A stretch of DNA of 64,000 bases from an uncultured SAR86 cluster bacterium (lineage in GTDB: Bacteria > Pseudomonadota > Gammaproteobacteria > Magnimaribacterales > D2472), in contig OX044367.1 in NCBI GenBank assembly GCA_943846785.1, forward strand, positions 132,276-196,275. The letters are read 5' to 3'. A model generated the notes under the pieces. The model saw only the letters and a list, made by a program, of their open reading frames with translations, had not been told where the DNA came from and did no database searches. Positions 19,848 through 29,657 of the stretch are shown here, piece after piece (the first letter of the stretch is position 1; each line of letters starts with the position of its first letter). Position numbers and translations under genes: made by a program.

Positions 19848-19866
19848 AAATTAAAGTAATTAATTT

Positions 19867-20241
19867 TTAGAGCAATTCCTTCAATGGCTCTGAAACAAAA
19901 GAATATTTTTCTATCTCATCACTTTCAAATAGTATTTCTTCATCTTCTATTTGAAGAACGATATCAATATCTAAAGTTCTTGCACTAAATTTAGGGGCAG
20001 CTCTATTTCTTCCTGCCTCATCTTCAATATCTTTTAATTTTTTATTTAGTTCTTCAAAAGATAGTTCAGTATCTCCGGATACAACAAGATTTAAAAAGTC
20101 ATCGCCTTCGAACCCTTCTGCTTTAGTCTGATGCACTGATGAGTATTCACTGTTATCTAATATTTTTTGGAGTTTTTCTATAGCTAGAATAATATTAGCT
20201 TCAGCATTTATGTTGCTGCCCAAGGAGAGATAGAACTTCAT
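19867..20241 (-). CDS. folK: Short 6-hydroxymethyl-dihydropterin pyrophosphokinase-like protein
   Basis: Motifs YLSLGSN, FLNLVV and ARTLDIDIV are present. The gene is coupled to folB by a TAATG overlap. It is only 124 aa and the usual LPHP segment was not seen. Confidence 0.6.
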   Translation of the reverse strand: MKFYLSLGSNINAEANIILAIEKLQKILDNSEYSSVHQTKAEGFEGDDFLNLVVSGDTELSFEELNKKLKDIEDEAGRNRAAPKFSARTLDIDIVLQIEDEEILFESDEIEKYSFVSEPLKELL

Positions 20242-20588
20242 TATCTATGAATCACTAGACCAACGTCTTTAGCACCTCTAAGGGCGCCTGGCTTTGATAC
20301 TCTTAACTTAATTGACTCTACTTGGTATTCATCTTTTACAAGTGCTGCTATGCCCTCAGCAAGAGATTCTTGAAGTTGGAAGGAGGACTCTTCAACAAAT
20401 TTTATTACGCCCTTGCAGATTGCTTTATAGTCGATGGTGTCCTCTATCGAGTCAGTTGCTGCAGCTTTTTTACAATCAAAAGGAAACTCCATATCAATAG
20501 ATACTTCTTGTTTCACTTTTCTTTCCCAATCAAATATCCCAATAATGGTTTCAACCCGTAAGTCTTTTATATAAATAATATCTTTCAT
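20241..20588 (-). CDS. folB: Dihydroneopterin aldolase
   Basis: The canonical N-terminus is MKDIIYIKDLRVETIIGIFDWER. The ATG at 20588 gives a TAATG overlap with the tsaD stop. An upstream in-frame ATG at 20612 is an alternative start. Confidence 0.8.
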   Translation of the reverse strand: MKDIIYIKDLRVETIIGIFDWERKVKQEVSIDMEFPFDCKKAAATDSIEDTIDYKAICKGVIKFVEESSFQLQESLAEGIAALVKDEYQVESIKLRVSKPGALRGAKDVGLVIHR

Positions 20589-21589
20589 TATGATAGCTCG
20601 CTTAGTGGCCATCTAGCTCTTACTGATGAACCACTAATATCAATTTTATCAGAAGATCTTAAAGATCCAACAAAGGCAATCATTGCTGCATTATCACCAC
20701 AATATTTTAGTGATGGGTAATAAACTTTGATATCAAGAGTATTCTCTAGTTCTTTTATTGCAGACCTAAGAGCTTTATTGGCGGCTACTCCACCAGCTAT
20801 TATGACTTCTGATCTGCCAGAGAGATTAACAGCTTTTTTTATTTTCTTTGTTAAAACATCAATTACTGCCTGTTGAAATGAAGCAGCAATATCAGCTTTT
20901 ACTTGATCTGTAAGATTTTCTATATCTCTGACTGTATACAGTACTGATGTTTTTAGTCCACTAAAGCTTAGATCAAGATTGTCACTATGCATCATAGGTC
21001 TAGGGAAGTCATAAGCTCTAGGATCACCATTTAACGCTAATTTTTCTATATGTGGGCCGCCTGGGTAAGGTAGACCAAGCAATTTACCAACCTTATCAAA
21101 GGCTTCACCTACTGCATCATCCTGAGATTGACCAAGTATCTTATAATTGCCTCTATCTTTAACATCTACAATCATGCTGTGACCACCACTAACTAATAAA
21201 CAAATATAAGGAACTACTATCTCAGGGAATTCCATCACAGGAGACATTAAGTGACCTTCTAAGTGATTAATTGGAATAAGAGGAATGTCTAAAGCACTTG
21301 AGATACCCTGAGCAAAGCTCTCGCCTATTAACAAGGCGCCCAATAACCCAGGGCCTGAGGTATATGCAACTTGGTCAATTGATTTTAAATCAATATCTTT
21401 AATTGCTTCTTTTAAAACAGATATTATTTTTACACAATGATCTCTAGAGGCTAGTTCAGGAACTACTCCTCCATATTCAGCATGCATATTTATCTGACTG
21501 AAGACAGATTCGCCAATAATACCTTGCTCAGTATCATATACAGCTACTGCCGTCTCGTCACATGATGTTTCTATTCCTAAAGTTTTCAT
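20588..21589 (-). CDS. tsaD: tRNA N6-threonylcarbamoyladenosine transferase TsaD
   Basis: The N-terminus MKTLGIETSCDET is followed by HLEGH and VSGGHS. The ORF-track start at 21604 adds 5 residues. Confidence 0.9.
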   Translation of the reverse strand: MKTLGIETSCDETAVAVYDTEQGIIGESVFSQINMHAEYGGVVPELASRDHCVKIISVLKEAIKDIDLKSIDQVAYTSGPGLLGALLIGESFAQGISSALDIPLIPINHLEGHLMSPVMEFPEIVVPYICLLVSGGHSMIVDVKDRGNYKILGQSQDDAVGEAFDKVGKLLGLPYPGGPHIEKLALNGDPRAYDFPRPMMHSDNLDLSFSGLKTSVLYTVRDIENLTDQVKADIAASFQQAVIDVLTKKIKKAVNLSGRSEVIIAGGVAANKALRSAIKELENTLDIKVYYPSLKYCGDNAAMIAFVGSLRSSDKIDISGSSVRARWPLSELS

Positions 21590-21639
21590 AAAAATGTTTT
21601 GCAAAAATTGTAATTACAGCCTACACTACGCGACTAATT

Positions 21640-21858
21640 ATGCCTTCAATTATAATAAAAGAAACAGAACATTTTGACATTGGTCTAAGAAAGTTCAAAC
21701 GCGCCTGTGAAAAAGCAGCAATTGTTCCTGAGATAAGAGCAAGAGAATTTTATGAAAAGCCAACTGAAAAAAGAAAGCGTCTAATGGCAGCTGCTGTTAA
21801 GCGTGCAAGAAAATCAAACAGAAAGTATTCTTTCCCAAGACAAAGATCCTACAGATAA
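21640..21858 (+). CDS. rpsU: 30S ribosomal protein S21
   Basis: [32 protein letters not shown] closely matches S21. The gene is divergent from tsaD, as in many Gammaproteobacteria. Confidence 0.9.
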   Translation: MPSIIIKETEHFDIGLRKFKRACEKAAIVPEIRAREFYEKPTEKRKRLMAAAVKRARKSNRKYSFPRQRSYR

Positions 21859-21860
21859 CC

Positions 21861-22307
21861 TTGTCCCTTCTTTCAGAAATCCAGTCAGACCTCAAGCAAT
21901 CAATGCTTAATAAAGATGAGTTAACTCGTGATACGTTGCGCATGTTTAAATCTGAAGTTCAAAAATTTGAAATAGATAATAGGGATACGGTCGATGATGC
22001 TAAGGCTTTGCAAATTATCAATAAGATGATTAAACAAAGAAAGGATTCCATAGCTCAATTTACCGATGGGGGCAGAGCTGATCTTGCTGAAAAAGAACAA
22101 CTAGAAGTTGATGTCCTCTCAAAATATAAACCAACACAACTTAGTGACACAGAAATTGCTACCAAGGTTACTGCAGCAATTGCTGAATCTGGTGCAGCTA
22201 CTATGCAAGACATAGGAAAGGTTATGGGGATTCTTAAGACATCTATTGAAGCAGGAACTGCAGATATGGGTGTTGTAAGTAAAATTGTTAAAGAGCAATT
22301 AAGTTAA
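21861..22307 (+). CDS. GatB/YqeY domain protein
   Basis: This 148-aa helical protein carries the ..ALQIINKMIKQRKDS.. pattern of the YqeY family and follows rpsU. The start is TTG. Confidence 0.75.
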   Translation: MSLLSEIQSDLKQSMLNKDELTRDTLRMFKSEVQKFEIDNRDTVDDAKALQIINKMIKQRKDSIAQFTDGGRADLAEKEQLEVDVLSKYKPTQLSDTEIATKVTAAIAESGAATMQDIGKVMGILKTSIEAGTADMGVVSKIVKEQLS

Positions 22308-22344
22308 ATACTGATATAGGGTCATCGTGCCCTTAGGAAAAAAT

Positions 22345-23049
22345 ATGGAAAGAAGTAACGATAGAAAGCCTAATGAGCTTAGAGAAATTACAATTGAACC
22401 AAATGTTAATGTCCATGCCGAAGGCTCGGTTCTAGTATCATTTGGTAATACAAAGGTTATTTGTACTGCATCTATAGATACTAATGTACCTAGATGGATG
22501 AGAGGGAGCGACGAGGGTTGGGTAACTGCTGAATATGGAATGCTTCCTAGATCAACAAATGAAAGAATGGGCAGAGAAGCTGCAAGGGGCAAGCAAAGTG
22601 GAAGAACTCAAGAAATTCAAAGACTTATAGGAAGATCTTTAAGACAAGCTGTAAATTTAAAATATATTAAAGGCAAAACTATCAATATTGATTGTGATGT
22701 GATCCAGGCTGATGGTGGAACTAGAACAGCTTCTATTACTGGTGGGTGTGTCGCATTGTTTTTAGCTTTGCAAAATCATCATGATGATCATAGAGCCATC
22801 AGAACACATGTTGCTGCAGTTTCACTTGGAATACTCGATGGTCAAGTTGCGCTTGATTTAGATTACAAAGAAGATAGCAGTGCCGAAGTTGATTTGAATC
22901 TGGTTATGACGGATAGTTCAGAAGTAATCGAAATACAAGGAACTGGTGAGGAAGCGCCATTCAACAGAGAGCAGCTTGATGGTATGCTTGATATTGGAAG
23001 TGCTGCTATTGCAGATATTATTCAAAAACAAAAGGCCTGTTTAAAATAA
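22345..23049 (+). CDS. rph: Ribonuclease PH
   Basis: R(K)PNELREI, GSVLVSFGNTKV and TAEYGMLPRST are present. The ATG at 22345 has an AGGA about 8 nt upstream. The ORF-track GVG-free alternative is a GTG at 22327. Confidence 0.9.
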   Translation: MERSNDRKPNELREITIEPNVNVHAEGSVLVSFGNTKVICTASIDTNVPRWMRGSDEGWVTAEYGMLPRSTNERMGREAARGKQSGRTQEIQRLIGRSLRQAVNLKYIKGKTINIDCDVIQADGGTRTASITGGCVALFLALQNHHDDHRAIRTHVAAVSLGILDGQVALDLDYKEDSSAEVDLNLVMTDSSEVIEIQGTGEEAPFNREQLDGMLDIGSAAIADIIQKQKACLK

Positions 23050-23685
23050 GTGAAGGATTACCAAAAAATATTTTTAAATCTTGCATTGGATGTTAAAGCA
23101 TTAGAGTTTGGTACTTTTACTCTTAAATCAGGCAGAACAAGTCCCTACTTCTTTAATGCAGCCAAAATGCTTTCAGGTAACCTATCAGAGTTAGCTAAGT
23201 GCTATATTGAGGCAATAAATGATGCTGAAATAGATTTTGATAGTATCTATGGTCCTGCATATAAAGGTATATTCCTGGGATCAATTGTTGCCTTACTTCT
23301 AAGTCAGGAAGGTAAGCATTATCCTCTATCGTTTGATAGAAAAGAGCTTAAAGACCATGGAGAGGGTGGAAATATTATCGGTGCTAATCCTCATGGAAAT
23401 GTAATGATTATTGATGATGTCCTTTCTGCTGGAACTGCTGCAAGACAATCAATTGAATTAATAAAAAATACTGGTGCAGTGCCAAAGGTATTTGTTGTGG
23501 GCTTGGATAGGCAAGAAAAAGGCTCAACAGAGCAATCTGCTTGCTCTGAATTACAAAATGATTTTGACATTACTGTGAAATCAATAGTAAATCTTGATAC
23601 CTTAATATCATTTACAGAAAATGATTCTGACTATGCTCAGTATTTAGAAGATCTTAGAGCCTATAGAGAGCATTGGGGAGCGTAA
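23050..23685 (+). CDS. pyrE: Orotate phosphoribosyltransferase
   Basis: FTLKSGRTSPYFFN and the PRPP loop VMIIDDVLSAGTA are present. The start is GTG. Confidence 0.9.
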   Translation: MKDYQKIFLNLALDVKALEFGTFTLKSGRTSPYFFNAAKMLSGNLSELAKCYIEAINDAEIDFDSIYGPAYKGIFLGSIVALLLSQEGKHYPLSFDRKELKDHGEGGNIIGANPHGNVMIIDDVLSAGTAARQSIELIKNTGAVPKVFVVGLDRQEKGSTEQSACSELQNDFDITVKSIVNLDTLISFTENDSDYAQYLEDLRAYREHWGA

Positions 23686-24300
23686 ATGTTTTCTGGAATT
23701 GTTTCAGCCAAGGCCAAAGTTTCTAAAGTTAAAAAATTTGATGATTACTTGTCAGTGGAAATATCTACACCCAAAGGATTTAACAAGAATCTAAAAAGAG
23801 GTGCTAGCATTTCTGTCAACGGGGTTTGTCTAACCTCAAAAGATAGTGGCTCTAAATTATTAAAATTTGACGTGATTGAAGAAACTCTTGATAGAACAAA
23901 TCTCAAAAATATTACGAAAGGAGATATGGTTAATCTTGAAAGATCCATCAAAGCTTCAACAGAGATTGGCGGACACTTAATGTCGGGACACATTCACTTT
24001 TCGGGTAAAGTAAAAAAAATTGTGGATAAAAAAAATACTAGGGATATGCAAATCACTTTAGCTAAGAAATATGCTGACTATGTAATGGAGAAAGGATATA
24101 TAGGCATAAATGGTTGCAGCTTAACAATTGGGAAAGTTAATGTAGGTGATTTTAATATCCACCTAATACCAGAAACATTGGATATCACTAACTTAGGTCA
24201 ATTATTAAAGGGCAGTCTAGTAAATATAGAGATAGATCAAAACACAATAACTGTAGTCAATACTGTGAAGAAGACTTTAGCTACTAAGGTATCTGGCTAA
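23686..24300 (+). CDS. ribE: Riboflavin synthase (alpha chain)
   Basis: MFSGIV is followed by the duplicated motif GASISVNGVCLT / GINGCSLT. Confidence 0.85.
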   Translation: MFSGIVSAKAKVSKVKKFDDYLSVEISTPKGFNKNLKRGASISVNGVCLTSKDSGSKLLKFDVIEETLDRTNLKNITKGDMVNLERSIKASTEIGGHLMSGHIHFSGKVKKIVDKKNTRDMQITLAKKYADYVMEKGYIGINGCSLTIGKVNVGDFNIHLIPETLDITNLGQLLKGSLVNIEIDQNTITVVNTVKKTLATKVSG

Positions 24301-25182
24301 TACTGCCATTCGTATAGCTACACCATTTGCAATCTGGTTTCTTATAACTGAATTATCAGATTGATAAACACTTTCTGATATTTCAATATAATTTACAGGG
24401 CCTGGGTGCATCACAATAACATCGCCTCTAGCTTGCTCTACTCTCTCAGAAGTCAATTCATAGGCATGTTTATAATCGTCAAGATCGAGATTCAGCTCCT
24501 CTTCGAATCGCTCATACTGAATTCTCAAAGTAATAATCACGTCAGCATCTTGAATAGCTAGATCTAGGTCTGGCTCATATTTACCCAAGGCTGGATCTAA
24601 ATATTTAGAGCACATGCTTGGATGACCACAGAATGTTAATGAATTGAAAGAAAAGTTAGATATTCCCTCAACAAAAGAGGATGTGACACGAGAATGATCT
24701 AGATCTCCAACAATAACAATATTTAAATCATCTATTGACCCTTTGCTATCAATGATTGTCATTAGATCAATTAAAGCTTGTGTTGGATGAGATATAGAGC
24801 CTTCTCCACCATTGATAAAAACCATTTCAGGCATGTATTCTTCTAGTTCGCGAATGACTGAATCTGGATGTCTAAGAACGCATAAATCAACTCCCATTAA
24901 ACCAAGAGCATCAACTGTCTCATAAATTGATTCTCCTTTTTCAATTGAAGAACTTGAGGCATCAAATCCAACTACGCTGCACCCAAGATTCTTAGCAGCA
25001 ATCTCAAATGATGATTTGGTTCTTGTACTAGGTTCACAAAAAACATTTGCCACTGTCTTATCTGGAAACAAATTTTCTTTCTTAAAAGAACCATCGTCAT
25101 TTTTAAAATTCTGAGCGAACTTTATGAGATCCAATATCTCTTGTTTAGATAAATCATTTATTGATAAAAGACTTTTATTCAT
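24277..25182 (-). CDS. pyrB: Aspartate carbamoyltransferase catalytic chain
   Basis: Motifs EPSTRTKSSFE and HPTQALIDL are present. The 3' end overlaps the convergent ribE by 24 nt. Confidence 0.9.
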   Translation of the reverse strand: MNKSLLSINDLSKQEILDLIKFAQNFKNDDGSFKKENLFPDKTVANVFCEPSTRTKSSFEIAAKNLGCSVVGFDASSSSIEKGESIYETVDALGLMGVDLCVLRHPDSVIRELEEYMPEMVFINGGEGSISHPTQALIDLMTIIDSKGSIDDLNIVIVGDLDHSRVTSSFVEGISNFSFNSLTFCGHPSMCSKYLDPALGKYEPDLDLAIQDADVIITLRIQYERFEEELNLDLDDYKHAYELTSERVEQARGDVIVMHPGPVNYIEISESVYQSDNSVIRNQIANGVAIRMAVLARYLSS

Positions 25183-25561
25183 CTAGTACAACCACTGCAT
25201 CCATTTCTACATTTACTCCAAGAGGAAGCCCTGAAACCTCAACAGTTGCTCTAGCGGGATAAGGAGACTCAAAGTGGCTCTCCATGGCATTGTTAACAAT
25301 AGAAAAGTCACTCATATCTGTTATATATATAGTTAATTTAACAATATTAGACAGATTCGTATTTGCAGCTTCACATATGGCGCTTAGGTTCTTAATCACT
25401 TGCTCTGCTTGTTCTTCAATAGAGGAATTCATTAAATCCCCAGTGGAAGGGTTTAGTGCTACTTGACCAGAAACAAATAGAAAACCACCCGACTTGACAG
25501 CCTGTGAGTATGGTCCAATAGCCTTTGGAGCATTTTCTGTAAAAATTATTTCTTTAGTCAT
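25175..25561 (-). CDS. ridA: RidA/YjgF family reactive-intermediate deaminase
   Basis: PYSQAVKSGGFLFVSGQ and ARATVEV are present. There is an 8-nt overlap with pyrB. Confidence 0.85.
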   Translation of the reverse strand: MTKEIIFTENAPKAIGPYSQAVKSGGFLFVSGQVALNPSTGDLMNSSIEEQAEQVIKNLSAICEAANTNLSNIVKLTIYITDMSDFSIVNNAMESHFESPYPARATVEVSGLPLGVNVEMDAVVVLDE

Positions 25562-25635
25562 CAGATTTATCTCTCTGTAAAATGTTGGTTTTGTTAAAAA
25601 TAGAATTGTACATAATTAAAGACATTTAGGTCCTA

Positions 25636-27825
25636 TTATTTATCATTAATGTCCCTTACGCAGCTGGCAGTAAATTTCTTGGATCGCACCTTAGACATAA
25701 TTCTTTTAAGTTCATCAAGATTTTCAATATTTGCTTCTATAGAAAACTCAGAAAACTGTTTATCAACTGCTTTAGTATTGACTTGCTCAATATTCATTCC
25801 AGATTTAGCAAATATAGAAACAATATCTGATAAAACTCCTACTTTATTTTCTGTTGTAATCTTAAGCAACACTAAGTACAAATGAGCTTTTTTAGAAGCT
25901 TCCCAGTATGCAGAAAAATATCTAGGGTCTTTATTAATATAAGGTGCTACCTGCTTGCATCTCTGATGATGAACCACTATTCCTCTTTCTGTATCAGAGT
26001 GGGCAATTACAGGGTCTCCTTGAATTGGATGACAGCACTTTGCAAATACTACTGAAACTCCTTCAATATGATTGTCTATAATTGCAACAGTTCTTATTTC
26101 AGAAACTTCTTTTTCTTTTCTAATTTGTAATCCTGAATAAAAACGCTCAGCAACAATATTTCCAGTACGCTTACCCGATCCAAGATCAGTTAAGAGTTTA
26201 TTTAATGTTGTTACGCCTATTGAATCGAGAACTCTTTTTAATGTACTTCCTCTGTAATCTTCTAAGGACTTTCCTGATCTTTTTAACTCTGATTCCAGCA
26301 TTAATTTTCCAGCTTTTCTTGCAGAAGAATTCTTTTGATTTCTCAGTCTTGAGCGAATACCACTTCTTGCCTTGCTTGTTACAACAAAGTTAAGCCAAGC
26401 AGGATCTGCGTCTACTGGATATTGAGATGTAATAATCTCTACTGTTTGTCCACTTTCAAGCTCGACATTTAGAGGGGCCTCCCTTCTATTTACCTTGCAT
26501 CCAATTATGCTATTTCCAAGTCCAGTATGAACCTCATAAGCAAAATCAATAGGTGTTGCTCCAGTTTTAATTGCATACACATGACCTTTAGGTGAAAACA
26601 AATAAACCTCATTAGGTTCTAAGTCTTTTTTGATTGATTCAGCAAATTCAATTGAGCTAGTAGATTTTTTTTGAAGATCAATTAAGCCTGACAGCCACTT
26701 ACTTGCTCGTAATTCTGGTCCTCTTTTGCCATCATTGGTTTTATAGCTCCAATGAGCAGCTATCCCCATATTAGCAGTAGCCCACATACTTCTTGTTTGT
26801 ATTTGAACTTCTATTGGGAAAGCATTTAAGGCTAATAAACTTGTATGGAGAGCTTGATAACCATTTATTTTGGGTATGGCTATGTAGTCCTTAAATTTAT
26901 TTTCAATTGGTGAAAAATAATTATGAATAATGCCTAGAGCTCTGTAGCAGTCATCTACATTATCAACAAGAATCCTGAACCCATAAACATCTAAAATTTC
27001 AGAAAATGGTTTATGTTTTTTCTTAATCTTATTATAAATACTGTAAATATTTTTTTCTCGTCCTTTAACAGCTGCATTCTCTATGTCATTTGATTTCAAA
27101 TGACTCTTAAGTTCTTTCCTTATTTTTTCAACAATCTTTTTCCTGCCCCCACTTGAACTATCTATAGCATTCTCAAGCATTTTAGCCCTCATTGGATGAA
27201 TACATCTGAATGAAAGATCTTCTAATTCTGCTCTTAAATCCTGCATTCCAATTCTTAATGCTAGTGGGCCATAAACCTCTAATGTTTCTCTTGCTTTTTG
27301 AATTTGCTTGAACCTTGGAACGTGCTCAATTGTTCTCATGTTATGAAGGCGATCACATAATTTTACTAGAATGACTCTGACATCATTAGCCATTGCTAAG
27401 GCCATCTTTTGCAGATTATTTGCATTTCGCTCTGCTTTGTTTTGCATATCTAAATTACTTAATTTACTAACGCCATCAACAATATTTGCAACATCTTCTC
27501 CAAAATATTTGGATAAATTATTTTTTTGTATATTGCAGTCCTCTAATACATCATGCATGAGAGCTGCACATATTGAATCTGGTCCAACTTTTAGACCTAG
27601 CATTATTTTTGATACTTCTATCGGATGTGAAATGTAATCTGAGCCGTCTTTCCTCTTTTGGCCCTGGTGTGCATAAAACGCAAATGTATATGCCTTCTGA
27701 ACTTTTTTGATATCTTTATAGGAAAGATAGGATTTGGCTTCTTTAAACATAGATACAGGAAGTTTAATAACTTCTGTATCTGTAAAATTTATTAATGCGT
27801 TGTTGGGTAGAGCTGTTTCAGTCAA
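25636..27825 (-). CDS. spoT: Bifunctional (p)ppGpp synthetase/hydrolase
   Basis: The HD domain (HDVLEDC), the RelA/SpoT synthetase core (YIAIPKINGYQALHTS) and C-terminal TGS and ACT-like regions are present. The gene follows gmk-rpoZ. Confidence 0.85.
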   Translation of the reverse strand: MTETALPNNALINFTDTEVIKLPVSMFKEAKSYLSYKDIKKVQKAYTFAFYAHQGQKRKDGSDYISHPIEVSKIMLGLKVGPDSICAALMHDVLEDCNIQKNNLSKYFGEDVANIVDGVSKLSNLDMQNKAERNANNLQKMALAMANDVRVILVKLCDRLHNMRTIEHVPRFKQIQKARETLEVYGPLALRIGMQDLRAELEDLSFRCIHPMRAKMLENAIDSSSGGRKKIVEKIRKELKSHLKSNDIENAAVKGREKNIYSIYNKIKKKHKPFSEILDVYGFRILVDNVDDCYRALGIIHNYFSPIENKFKDYIAIPKINGYQALHTSLLALNAFPIEVQIQTRSMWATANMGIAAHWSYKTNDGKRGPELRASKWLSGLIDLQKKSTSSIEFAESIKKDLEPNEVYLFSPKGHVYAIKTGATPIDFAYEVHTGLGNSIIGCKVNRREAPLNVELESGQTVEIITSQYPVDADPAWLNFVVTSKARSGIRSRLRNQKNSSARKAGKLMLESELKRSGKSLEDYRGSTLKRVLDSIGVTTLNKLLTDLGSGKRTGNIVAERFYSGLQIRKEKEVSEIRTVAIIDNHIEGVSVVFAKCCHPIQGDPVIAHSDTERGIVVHHQRCKQVAPYINKDPRYFSAYWEASKKAHLYLVLLKITTENKVGVLSDIVSIFAKSGMNIEQVNTKAVDKQFSEFSIEANIENLDELKRIMSKVRSKKFTASCVRDINDK

Positions 27826-27843
27826 ATTAGCCCTCCAAATTAT

Positions 27844-28113
27844 TTAACCAGTTGTTTCTGTTTCTTCATTTCCTGGTGTTGAAAATTCATCAAGCAATAG
27901 ATCTTCTTCTAAGGTTCTATCTAAAGTCTCTTTATCTAGAAGCCCTGCTTCAATCTCTCTTAATGCAACAAGAGTTGGCTTATCATTATCCCATTCAACA
28001 AGAGGGTCTCTACTTGTAGTTGCAAGCTGTCTAGCTCTTTTAGAGGCCATAATTATTAAATCAAACCTACTTGGTATTATTTGTAAACAATCCTCTACTG
28101 TAATTCTAGCCAT
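27844..28113 (-). CDS. rpoZ: RNA polymerase omega subunit
   Basis: MARITVEDC...[16 protein letters not shown] is present. Confidence 0.9.
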   Translation of the reverse strand: MARITVEDCLQIIPSRFDLIIMASKRARQLATTSRDPLVEWDNDKPTLVALREIEAGLLDKETLDRTLEEDLLLDEFSTPGNEETETTG

Positions 28114-28155
28114 ATTATTTCTCCTGGGTCGTGTATTCTAATTGGTATTTACCCA

Positions 28156-28776
28156 TTAAGACAGTAAATTTTGTAAGATCTTTGCACTTTTTTCATTTTC
28201 AGACTCAGCATAATCATTGTTATAGATTATAGATAAGAGGTTATTTAATGCATCCTCAAAAGCATCATTAAGAACTCTATAATCAAAATCTTTTGCATAT
28301 GTTAATTCATTTTTAGCATTTTCTAGCCTTCTTTGTATAACGTCATTGGAATCTAAACCTCTTGTATTTAACCTATTTTGAAGTTCTTTTATGCTTGGAG
28401 GTATTATAAAAATTGATGTGCTATCAATGCCTGCGTCTTTAATCTGCATAAATCCTTGAACATCTATATCAAGGATAATATTAATGCCCTTCTCTATCCT
28501 TTCATTTATATAAGACCTCAGAGTTCCGTATTGGTGATGATAATGAACAGTCGCGTGCTCCACGAATTCATTTTTTAATTTTAATGAATCGAACTCCTCA
28601 TCAGAAATAAAAAAATAGTCTTTACCATTTTCTTCGCCATGTCTTGGCTCTCTAGTTGTTGCAGATATTGAAAGCTCAATATTCTCATTAGAGTCTATAA
28701 TAGACTTAATTAAAGAAGACTTGCCAGCACCTGATGGTGCGGAGATTACAATTAGTTTTCCTTTTTGATTATTCAA
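28156..28776 (-). CDS. gmk: Guanylate kinase
   Basis: The P-loop SAPSGAGKSSL and TTREPRHGEENGKDYFF are present. Confidence 0.9.
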   Translation of the reverse strand: MNNQKGKLIVISAPSGAGKSSLIKSIIDSNENIELSISATTREPRHGEENGKDYFFISDEEFDSLKLKNEFVEHATVHYHHQYGTLRSYINERIEKGINIILDIDVQGFMQIKDAGIDSTSIFIIPPSIKELQNRLNTRGLDSNDVIQRRLENAKNELTYAKDFDYRVLNDAFEDALNNLLSIIYNNDYAESENEKSAKILQNLLS

Positions 28777-29620
28777 TATTCTGTGCCTGTTCCCTCATTT
28801 CCTCAACTGAAAGTTTCATGTCTAATGCCAATTCTTTATATGATGGCTCATCAAGCTTTACTGATAATGTACTTGTTTCTCTAAATAGCTCTTGAAGAAC
28901 AAAATCAATTTTCTTACCACTGGTTTTTTTTGATGTTAGCTCTTCTTTTAATGAATTAGAGTGGAAATTTATTCTTTCAACTTCCTCGGCAACATCATGT
29001 TTCAAAACAAGCAAAGCAACCTCTTGCTCTAATCTACTTTTATCAAGGCTTAAAGACAACTTAGCAATTTTATTTATTAAATTGTCATATCTTTTCTTTA
29101 CAAGCTTTCTATTTACAGTTGAAAGCTTTAAAGCATTCTTTTCAATAAGATTTATTTTCTTAAGAAACAGTTTTTCAATTTTTGATCCCTCTGTAATCCT
29201 ATCATCAAGGAGATTATTTAAAGATTCTGTAAATACTTTCTTAACTAAACTAAGTTTGATATTTGTTTTTTGTTCAACGCCAATTATTCCAGGCATATCT
29301 TTAATATCTTTAAAGCTTAGATTCTCAGACTTTATGTCTTTGATATCCTTTATTGTTTTTAATAGATTATTGAGTGATGCGCGATTTACAGTATATTTAT
29401 TCTCTATTGGAAAATTTAATTTGAATCTCACATCGACACTTCCACGTCGCATTTTCTTTGATGCTAAATCTCTTACATACACATCAAGCTCACTATTTAA
29501 GTCATTTGGTTTTGTAGAGATTTCAAGAAATCTATGATTTACAGTCTTAATTTCACAATAAATCTCAACCTTTTTATCTAAGTAGCTTGAAGATCCAAAC
29601 CCTGTCATGCTTTTTGTCAT
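28769..29620 (-). CDS. yicC: YicC family stress-induced protein
   Basis: The N-terminus SMTGFG, a length of 283 aa and the conserved C-terminus EEMREQAQNIE are present. There is an 8-nt overlap with gmk. Confidence 0.8.
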   Translation of the reverse strand: MTKSMTGFGSSSYLDKKVEIYCEIKTVNHRFLEISTKPNDLNSELDVYVRDLASKKMRRGSVDVRFKLNFPIENKYTVNRASLNNLLKTIKDIKDIKSENLSFKDIKDMPGIIGVEQKTNIKLSLVKKVFTESLNNLLDDRITEGSKIEKLFLKKINLIEKNALKLSTVNRKLVKKRYDNLINKIAKLSLSLDKSRLEQEVALLVLKHDVAEEVERINFHSNSLKEELTSKKTSGKKIDFVLQELFRETSTLSVKLDEPSYKELALDMKLSVEEMREQAQNIE

Positions 29621-29657
29621 AGTTTATTGTATTTCGCTTAAGTATTTTGTTCTAGGC

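Noticed and set aside
19848-19866. An AT-only palindrome (AAAAATTAA..TTAATTTTT) between the convergent kinase and folK genes, considered as a bidirectional terminator.
   Set aside because: The stem contains no G:C pairs and would be very weak. It cannot be distinguished from background in this AT-rich DNA.
22299-22592. A 97-aa ORF antisense to the start of rph and the end of yqeY.
   Set aside because: It overlaps two well-supported genes and has no motif or start context.
29082-29537. A 151-aa ORF antisense to yicC. Similar antisense ORFs occur at 1767-1994, 2705-2911, 4574-4810, 9790-10122, 30875-31228, 31661-31924, 35537-35842, 54008-54334 and 59596-59898.
   Set aside because: All are embedded opposite strongly supported genes and have low-complexity or Ser/Phe/Leu/Ile-rich composition. 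None contains a recognisable motif. Such ORFs are expected by chance when stop codons are depleted opposite coding frames.
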